Assembly (NCBI GenBank): GCA_050947035.1
Contig: JBMNVW010000004.1
Coordinates: 22,433-86,432 of the forward strand
Reading direction: 5' to 3'
Length of the DNA stretch: 64,000 nucleotides
From: Patescibacteria group bacterium
GTDB lineage: Bacteria > Patescibacteriota > Microgenomatia > 0-14-0-10-38-17
Positions 57,520 through 64,000 of this stretch are shown piece by piece. The translations under genes and the position numbers were made by a program. Under the pieces are notes generated by a model that made no database searches, was not told the origin of the DNA, and saw nothing but the letters and a program-made list of their open reading frames with translations. Every line of letters begins with the position of its first letter. Position 1 is the first letter of the stretch.

Positions 57520-58839
57520 ATGAAAGAAAAACTAAAAGTAGGCTTGGATTTTGGAACTAGTAACTCAGCTATTGCTACAATCGAAAATAATAGGGTAAGA
57601 ATTTTTGAAACAAAAGAGGGACAACCAACACAACCTTCATCAATTTTTATTAGAGTAGACGGCTATGTCAGTGTTGGAAATCAAGCAATTGAAGACTTCC
57701 AAGACCAAGAACAACATACTGACGAGTATCACTTTATCCCTAGCATAAAACCCGGCCTTTCGGTAGATTACTATGACGGTAATGTTTTGCGTTCAAAAAA
57801 AACTATTGTTAATGGCAGATTTCTAACCCGATTTTTTCCTGTAGAAGAATTAGGAGGAAGCCTTATTGCTGATTTAAAGAAAAGAGCTGAAATTGCTGCG
57901 GGTGTTGAAACTGAAAGCGTTGTCTTTGGTAGACCAGTATATTTTTCGGAAGACGAGCAACTTGATCAAAAAGCTCAAGATAGGCTTGAATCAGCAGCAA
58001 AACAAGCTGGTTTTAGAGAAATCCAGTTTGTTCTTGAACCCGTAGCGGCGGCTTTGTATTACGAGCGATATTTTTCAACAGGAGAACCTCATAAAATTTT
58101 TGTCTTTGACTTCGGAGGAGGAACCTTAGATGTTTCGGTTCTTAACTTCAATGATTCTCAAACTGCCGGAGAAGCATTGACCATTGATAAACTCTCTAAA
58201 ACTGTTTTAGGAAGTCACGGTGTTGATCTTGGCGGAACAGATTTTGATAAAGATATTTTTGAAGACATGTTTCTAAAATATTTTGGCTCTAACGTAACTT
58301 ATGGTAAAAAAGAATTGCCGATGCCAGCACATTTTTATCACAATATTACCGAATGGCATTTGCAAGAGCATAGGGAAAAAAATAGAACATTTGAGTTTTT
58401 ACGTAGTATTGCCAATGACTCAAATTGCAGTGACAGAGAAGCGGTCAGTCGTTTGATTACATTAGTTGAAGACCAACAAGTATATTCAATTTTAAGGAAA
58501 ATAGAATTTGTTAAAACACAACTCTCGGCAAACGGGACAAGGCAAATCAGACACAATCACAGGAATATCCACATCGACGAGCTACTAAGCAGAAAAAGAT
58601 TTGAAGCAATAGTAAGATCAAGAATTGCACTTATTCAGGAATGTGTGGATGATTGTCTGAAAAAAGCACAAATCAGCCCGCAGGAAATTGATGTTGTTTT
58701 AAAAGTTGGGGGATCTTCAAATAATTTTTTTGTAGATGAAATGTTACGAAGGATCTTCCCTGGTCATATTAGAGGAACAGACGTTTTTACGAGTGTTGTT
58801 TCTGGGCTGGCAGTTGCGGCAGAAAGCTTATCTGATTAG
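57520..58839 (+). CDS. Hsp70-family ATPase consisting of the nucleotide-binding domain only (YegD-like, no substrate-binding domain)
   Basis: GLDFGTSNSAIA phosphate-1, IFVFDFGGGTLDVSV phosphate-2, VDLGGTDFD connect-1, VVLKVGGSSNN adenosine motif; ends at ~439 aa. Confidence 0.75.
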   Translation: MKEKLKVGLDFGTSNSAIATIENNRVRIFETKEGQPTQPSSIFIRVDGYVSVGNQAIEDFQDQEQHTDEYHFIPSIKPGLSVDYYDGNVLRSKKTIVNGRFLTRFFPVEELGGSLIADLKKRAEIAAGVETESVVFGRPVYFSEDEQLDQKAQDRLESAAKQAGFREIQFVLEPVAAALYYERYFSTGEPHKIFVFDFGGGTLDVSVLNFNDSQTAGEALTIDKLSKTVLGSHGVDLGGTDFDKDIFEDMFLKYFGSNVTYGKKELPMPAHFYHNITEWHLQEHREKNRTFEFLRSIANDSNCSDREAVSRLITLVEDQQVYSILRKIEFVKTQLSANGTRQIRHNHRNIHIDELLSRKRFEAIVRSRIALIQECVDDCLKKAQISPQEIDVVLKVGGSSNNFFVDEMLRRIFPGHIRGTDVFTSVVSGLAVAAESLSD

Positions 58840-59405
58840 CCAATTGTGTTTACGGTTTGCTCAACAAGACTAAGAAACTCTTCTTTTGAGATATCACTGT
58901 TTTTAATACGAATCACATTAAAACCATCTCTTTCCAAATTCTCCATTAACCATTGATATGCTCGGACTTCTTCAGAGACATCCTCAATTGATCGGGGAGA
59001 ATGAACACAATGACCGCCTTCTCTGTAGAAACTTATTTCTGGATCGATTTCTAAAAAAACAATTGTGCAGCAAATTCCTTTGCCCATTCTTCTTTCAAAT
59101 ATTTTTTTCCCAAGTTCATAAATCAAGGAAGAATGATGAGGTTTTTTTCTTATGTTATAAGCAACTAGTGACCAGATAGATCTATCCATTGCCGAAGTCG
59201 ATCCATCAGAGCCATTTGTTGCTAGCTCTAAAACATCGATGCTTTGTCTCCAATTTTCTGCTTCTCGATTAACAACCAATTCTTGAGCTGGGGGAATACC
59301 CCTAAACGATTTATAGCCCATTTCTGACAAATGCTCTGCGGCAGTTGTTTTCCCGCTGCCCTGCACGCCTTCAATAATAAAAACCCGGCTATTTCTTTCT
59401 TTCAT
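58836..59405 (-). CDS. P-loop kinase, deoxynucleoside/nucleotide-kinase-like
   Basis: Walker A GVQGSGKTT, dNK-type (D/E)RS motif AMDRSIWS, LID-like Arg cluster; 189 aa. Confidence 0.55.
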   Translation of the reverse strand: MKERNSRVFIIEGVQGSGKTTAAEHLSEMGYKSFRGIPPAQELVVNREAENWRQSIDVLELATNGSDGSTSAMDRSIWSLVAYNIRKKPHHSSLIYELGKKIFERRMGKGICCTIVFLEIDPEISFYREGGHCVHSPRSIEDVSEEVRAYQWLMENLERDGFNVIRIKNSDISKEEFLSLVEQTVNTIG

Positions 59406-59973
59406 CTAATAGTTTTTCGCGGGCAGAGCGGATTAACTTTTTAAGATATTCTGTTTTGCTTATTCCTAGATTATTGGCAGCCGTTTCGATAAAAGAATAA
59501 TCTTTGTTGTCAATAACCAAATGGAACCTAACCCTTAATTGTTTCTTGGCTTTTTTAAGTAAAGGTAAAAGGTTATTTTTTAAATCCTCAAGATTTTTAT
59601 ATTTTAAAGCAAAAAATTTTTTTGATTTAATTCCCCGGATAACCATAGAGGGATTAGATTTTTCATTTTCTGTAAACAAAGCAATAATCGGCTTTTTTTG
59701 ATAAAAGGCATGGTAAATTTGATAGCCAACACCGCTGCTCGGATAACTAATATCAGCAATAAATAAGTCAGATCGATTTATCTCATCAATTACACTGTCG
59801 TAGATATGAGGATAATCAATTTCCCCTGAAGGCAAATCAAATTCTTTTTTTCGAAAAACTACCTGAGAAACAGCAAAACCCTGATTTTTGATCAAGGAAA
59901 TTATCTTTTTGTATCTTTCCCTTTTTTCCTGAGAAACATCACTGGATGCGGCGAAAAATACTTTTGTCTTCAT
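59389..59973 (-). CDS. Rossmann-fold NDT/Rcl-like (nucleoside 2-deoxyribosyltransferase superfamily) domain fused to C-terminal ribbon-helix-helix-like tail
   Basis: KVFFAAS...SDLFIADISYPSSGVGYQIYHAFYQKKPII parallels the NDT motif with Glu to Gln substitution; C-terminal RVRFHLVIDNK + helix resembles RHH. Confidence 0.45.
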   Translation of the reverse strand: MKTKVFFAASSDVSQEKRERYKKIISLIKNQGFAVSQVVFRKKEFDLPSGEIDYPHIYDSVIDEINRSDLFIADISYPSSGVGYQIYHAFYQKKPIIALFTENEKSNPSMVIRGIKSKKFFALKYKNLEDLKNNLLPLLKKAKKQLRVRFHLVIDNKDYSFIETAANNLGISKTEYLKKLIRSAREKLLDERKK

Positions 59974-61514
59974 GCTCGTTTGTTTTGATATTGGCTAGTT
60001 GATAATCCAGCTTGATTATACAGGTAATCTGTCTGATTTCCAATTAAAACCAGATTTTTGGAAAACTCTCTTTGTGATTTTTCCAAGATGTTTTCAAGTT
60101 TGGCCGGATCTGAACCATGAGGAATAAGCCTTTCCGCAACTTCAAGATCCATGCCCTTTAAAACCATATATAATTCATGAAATTTAGCATGCATTTGCGG
60201 GGAGACGTTTTTAGGCGCAGAGATGGGGTCAATTACTTGTTCATATAAAGAAGCAAGTTTTCTGGACCATGATCTTAAAGCAAGATAAAAATTTCTAGCT
60301 TCTGGATCAACGATTTCATATAAATTATTAGCCCCCTCCTTTCCTTTGAATTCTATTTCGCGACGCAACTTTTCGGTAATTTTCGTTCCTTCAGCAGCAA
60401 ACAGTCTGGTACATATTCCTTTAGTTACCGCCCATTTAAATCTTCTCAGATAATGTAATTCCTCTTCAACCTCTGCTATGGTTGTAAAAGGCCAAAACAT
60501 AATATGGCCCATTTGAACATAGATGCCGTGTTTATGTAAAATCTCCAGAGCCTCAATATTTTGCTCTACTGTTGTTCCTTTAGTAAAATCACTCAGTTTT
60601 TCCTGAACAAAAGATTCAACTCCTAAACTAACCGCAAATAACCCAGCCTGCCTAAATAGCTCAATAATATCATTTTCAACATCATCAACTCTTAAAGAAA
60701 GCCGAAAGCGCATATTTATACCTGAGTTTTTTAGTAGTTGAGCAAAACGCAACTCTCTTCGCTTGTCAACTCTTTGGCCAAAAAAGTTATCATCAACCAG
60801 CTTAACCATGTCTTCTCCTTGCCTTGACAGGTCTACTAACTCTGCCACAATGCTCTCTGGGCTTCGTCCTCGCCAACGCTTTTCTGTCGAAAATTGTTGG
60901 TAGCAGGCAACCGAACAGAAGGAACAATTGCCCCTGCAACCCCTGCTTCCCATAACATGTGAGGGGGTTTTTAGTTTCCTGACCACAGGGAGGGTTCCTC
61001 TGTAGGGCAACGGTAGCAAGTCTAAATTGTCATTGGATTTTTGCCTTGGATTTCTGACAACTTCTCCTTGGTGCCAATAAATTGCCCCCGGAATGTCATG
61101 AATATCACCAATTTGTAAAAATTCTTGAAAAGTTTCATCTGCCTCGCCTGCCAAAATTCCGTCTATCTGGGGGCCGATGGCGGCTAACAAGCTATCAGCT
61201 TCAAAAGAAGCATAAATTCCCCCCAAAACTATTTGACCTTTATATCGTTGAGATCTTAAAAGCTGAATTAGATCAGTTACGACCGGAAAAGAATCCATTG
61301 AAGGTGATATTCCTACAACATCAGGTTTTCTTTCCAGAACTCTTTCAGCCGTCTGTTTGGAATCCAATCCAGACATCCAGGTATCAAGATAATTAACCTT
61401 ATGACCCCGTTCGATAGATTCTGCCGCCAAATATTCTAAACCTAAGCATTCCTCGGGTGTCCGATGGGTAGTAGTTGGTGGTGATATTAAGGTAATTTCT
61501 TTACTTTTAACCAT
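59970..61514 (-). CDS. B12-binding (class B) radical SAM enzyme
   Basis: N-terminal cobalamin-binding-like Rossmann region followed by SRGCRGNCSFCSV (CxxxCxxC) and radical-SAM barrel. Confidence 0.8.
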   Translation of the reverse strand: MVKSKEITLISPPTTTHRTPEECLGLEYLAAESIERGHKVNYLDTWMSGLDSKQTAERVLERKPDVVGISPSMDSFPVVTDLIQLLRSQRYKGQIVLGGIYASFEADSLLAAIGPQIDGILAGEADETFQEFLQIGDIHDIPGAIYWHQGEVVRNPRQKSNDNLDLLPLPYRGTLPVVRKLKTPSHVMGSRGCRGNCSFCSVACYQQFSTEKRWRGRSPESIVAELVDLSRQGEDMVKLVDDNFFGQRVDKRRELRFAQLLKNSGINMRFRLSLRVDDVENDIIELFRQAGLFAVSLGVESFVQEKLSDFTKGTTVEQNIEALEILHKHGIYVQMGHIMFWPFTTIAEVEEELHYLRRFKWAVTKGICTRLFAAEGTKITEKLRREIEFKGKEGANNLYEIVDPEARNFYLALRSWSRKLASLYEQVIDPISAPKNVSPQMHAKFHELYMVLKGMDLEVAERLIPHGSDPAKLENILEKSQREFSKNLVLIGNQTDYLYNQAGLSTSQYQNKRA

Positions 61515-62787
61515 GCTTGTTCTCTTTTGGTGAAAATATGCCAGTGCATAGATAACCCTTATGAACTAGGGCGTGTTCGCCTTTCTTAATACTTACTTGC
61601 CCGGCTTGTGTCTGTTTTTTTGGAGCAAAATCTTTAGGACAATAAGGATCTTTGACAAATAAAGTTCGTTTGTTATCTCCTTCTTTGTGCAATCTGTGTA
61701 AATAAGCTCTAGCGGCGCAGCCACCCCCACAAACAGATATCTGGTCACAATCTTGGCAACCTTCAATTATCTCAGGATTAGCCTTTCGTCTTCTAAAAGC
61801 TTGAAAAGGAGGGGAATTTAAAATTTCCTGAATATCCATTGTTTGTAAATTACCATATTTATAGTCATGTAAGTATATACAGGGAGAAATTGGTATCTGA
61901 CCATCGGGTGTAATTGAATGAATTCTAAATGAAGTGATTCCGCACGGGCATCCGGAAATAATGTTTGGGGTAATATTAACAGAGCTTGCCCAGGCCGGAT
62001 CGCTCAAATCGGTTGGTTCGCATCTTGCCAATATCGTCATTAAGCCTTGATAAAATTGTTTTGGCGTTAAGACAAGGTCCATATGTTCGGGCTCAATGGG
62101 CTTGATTGGATTGACGCGATAATTTGCCTGATGCTTAATAGCCAAGTCAATCATTTCGTTAATTCTTTCCGGAGTGAAATTCCAGTTCATTGCGCACATA
62201 ATAAAGCTTCTTGGAATTTGGTGTTTTTTGCAAATCTTTAATGCTTGCATCGCCAATTTGTAAACTCCGCTTTTACCCCTATTTTGATCATGTTCACGAG
62301 GCCTAGGAGAATCAATACTAATATCAACATCGTTTATTTTTTCTACATAACCGGGAAAGAGTCTTTCTAACTGCACCAGTGTGATTCCTGAGGTAGTAAT
62401 TCCAACTAACATCCCCTTTTTGGTGATGGAATCCAAGATATATGGAAGTAAGGAATTTTTAGGGTTAAGTCCGTTGGTGTAAATTGGTTCGTTTCCGCCA
62501 AGATTGACTGTTTCCACTCCCAAACAGGCTAATTGATTAACTACTCTGTTTACTGCCTCTTTTGTTAAATCTTGTCCGGGGTCTCTGGCGCTTTTTGAGT
62601 AACATTGTTTACAGTCCAGGGGACAGGCGTTACCTAGCGACCAGCCGACGTTTTTGTAATTGGGTTCCGCTTCAGGCAAATCAGCATGTTCTTCTATATA
62701 TCTAGCTGAAGAATAATGGGCTCGGCTTACTCGCTTTAGTTGAGACATGGTGATTATTTTGCTATCATATGCACATTCAATGCACAT
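61507..62787 (-). CDS. radical SAM enzyme with C-terminal SPASM/twitch domain
   Basis: GNACPLDCKQCY (CxxxCxxC) and C-terminal Cys-rich CQDCDQISVCGGGCAARAY auxiliary-cluster motif. Confidence 0.8.
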   Translation of the reverse strand: MCIECAYDSKIITMSQLKRVSRAHYSSARYIEEHADLPEAEPNYKNVGWSLGNACPLDCKQCYSKSARDPGQDLTKEAVNRVVNQLACLGVETVNLGGNEPIYTNGLNPKNSLLPYILDSITKKGMLVGITTSGITLVQLERLFPGYVEKINDVDISIDSPRPREHDQNRGKSGVYKLAMQALKICKKHQIPRSFIMCAMNWNFTPERINEMIDLAIKHQANYRVNPIKPIEPEHMDLVLTPKQFYQGLMTILARCEPTDLSDPAWASSVNITPNIISGCPCGITSFRIHSITPDGQIPISPCIYLHDYKYGNLQTMDIQEILNSPPFQAFRRRKANPEIIEGCQDCDQISVCGGGCAARAYLHRLHKEGDNKRTLFVKDPYCPKDFAPKKQTQAGQVSIKKGEHALVHKGYLCTGIFSPKENKHG

Positions 62788-62830
62788 TAAGGGAATATTA
62801 TATTTTACGCTCTAAATTGTCAAGTCAAAT

Positions 62831-63913
62831 ATGACCTATAAAGATCAGCATTTGCATTACACCGGCTCTTTGCCCTTGTCGTATGTTTGGTTAAAAATTA
62901 AAGATTTTCGTGGAGGCCCTATTGACGATGTTCTTCTCGAAAACTTATTTTCAAGACAAGTATCTAAAAGATTAAAAGAAGGGAACTTTTCCAATGAAAC
63001 CTATTCTCTTTTTAAAAAAGACGTAAAAGGATTATTTGGTAGCAAGAATAATCATGCCTGTAATTACAAGAAGTTCTTTGAACTATACGGGTTTATCCAA
63101 AAGATAACTAAACCCAGAAAGAGTCAAGAAATTGAATCAACCTATCGAGGGGGTATCAGCGCTATCGTTTCTTATTTGTCAAAACTTAAAGTAAGTAAAG
63201 TTGATATTTTTGCAGGACCACTTTTGGATTTAGAAAAAACAAAATACAGACTTCGAGGCATGGTTCAGGGATTAAAAGATAATAAAAATTTATCGGTTAA
63301 GGGTTCGATTAGATTGACTTTTATTAGCACAGAAAAGGGCTATAAAAATATAAATCAACAATCACTCGGAAAATTGCTTGATTATCTAATTTCTGACGAA
63401 GAAGTTTTTGGTTACATAAGCGGTTTTGATTTTTCAGGAAACGAAAACGTTGGCAACATAGATATTATTTCTTCTGCGGTAGACAGGCTTTCATCTTTTA
63501 ATAAAAAATGCCATTCACAAAACAATCGAGAGCTCAAAATATCAGTTCATGCCGGTGAAAATTTTACTAATATTTCCCCTGAAAAATATCTGAGCTATTT
63601 TGATAAATTACTAAAACTCCCAATTGACGGCATTGGCCATGGTGTATTCCTTTGGGTTCCTGACAATTTTGTAAATTATTCGCGAAAAGTGAACAAACGC
63701 CGGGATGAGTTGTTAAAAAGAGTTATTGCCAGAAACATTGAATTGGAAATCTGTCCCACCTCTAACGTTCTGTTTTCTCCGCTCAAGTCTTATAAGGATA
63801 TTCCTTTAAATTATTTCAACAAGATTGGCTTAAAATATTCAATTAATACCGACAATATGACTATTCTTTCAACTAATATCAAAACCGAGTTGAGAATGGT
63901 CAATAAAAGTTGA
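62831..63913 (+). CDS. adenosine/AMP-deaminase-family metal-dependent amidohydrolase
   Basis: HLHYTGS (HxH), SVHAGE, GIGHG and SINTDN motifs parallel the ADA signature positions. Confidence 0.7.
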   Translation: MTYKDQHLHYTGSLPLSYVWLKIKDFRGGPIDDVLLENLFSRQVSKRLKEGNFSNETYSLFKKDVKGLFGSKNNHACNYKKFFELYGFIQKITKPRKSQEIESTYRGGISAIVSYLSKLKVSKVDIFAGPLLDLEKTKYRLRGMVQGLKDNKNLSVKGSIRLTFISTEKGYKNINQQSLGKLLDYLISDEEVFGYISGFDFSGNENVGNIDIISSAVDRLSSFNKKCHSQNNRELKISVHAGENFTNISPEKYLSYFDKLLKLPIDGIGHGVFLWVPDNFVNYSRKVNKRRDELLKRVIARNIELEICPTSNVLFSPLKSYKDIPLNYFNKIGLKYSINTDNMTILSTNIKTELRMVNKS

Positions 63914-64000
63914 AGTTTGTTAATGAGTTTTATAGAATAACACTATGCCAGAATTCGGGGTAGCAACTAAAGCGATTATTTTTAATACTAAATTGAAAAA

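Noticed and set aside
1-64000. Prophage, transposon or integrase signatures
   Set aside because: No integrase, transposase, terminase or capsid-like ORFs were found. The only mobility hints are the two partial tRNA copies and the compositional island, which are reported as findings rather than as mobile elements.

Overview
This 64-kb window is low-GC (my estimate about 40%, not computed), very compact DNA that looks like a small-genome, CPR/Patescibacteria-like bacterium. That lineage call is inference from gene content: a PPIase-less trigger factor, a ThrRS without the TGS domain, a short PheT, an RF1 without its N-terminal domain, an LPXTG surface protein and DUF5667-like secreted proteins.

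Most of the window is syntenic housekeeping.
- Coordinates 1–29 kb are mostly minus-strand ribosomal, tRNA-synthetase and replication genes: rpsP–KH–rnc–nusB–rpmF–recG, thrS–infC–rpmI–rplT–pheST, dksA–lgt–dnaB and rpsF–ssb–rpsR. hisS–rpmE–prfA and a class A PBP lie on the plus strand.
- Nine tRNA genes are present, Val, Leu x2, Lys, Arg x2, His, Gly and Pro, plus two degenerate tRNA copies.
- 44.7–47.1 kb is an Fe–S cluster block (isc genes with DUF362 and RNHCP-domain genes) that carries two notable perfect palindromes.

Two regions stand out as candidate uncharacterised systems.
- 30.0–35.2 kb is a translationally coupled five-gene plus-strand operon: a secreted 7TM membrane protein, an ATP-grasp ligase fused to a retropepsin-like aspartic protease (VDTGAD motif), then a MacA-like adaptor, an ABC ATPase and an FtsX-type permease.
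- 57.4–64.0 kb is a compositionally distinct island, AT-richer with AGA/AGG arginine codons. It holds an NBD-only Hsp70 homologue, a four-gene overlapping minus-strand operon (SPASM radical SAM, B12-binding radical SAM, NDT/Rcl-like Rossmann domain fused to a ribbon-helix-helix tail, dNK-like P-loop kinase) and a divergently transcribed adenosine-deaminase-family amidohydrolase. The island appears to continue past the window end.

I saw no rRNA genes, CRISPR arrays, transposases or integrases. UGA is used as a stop codon.
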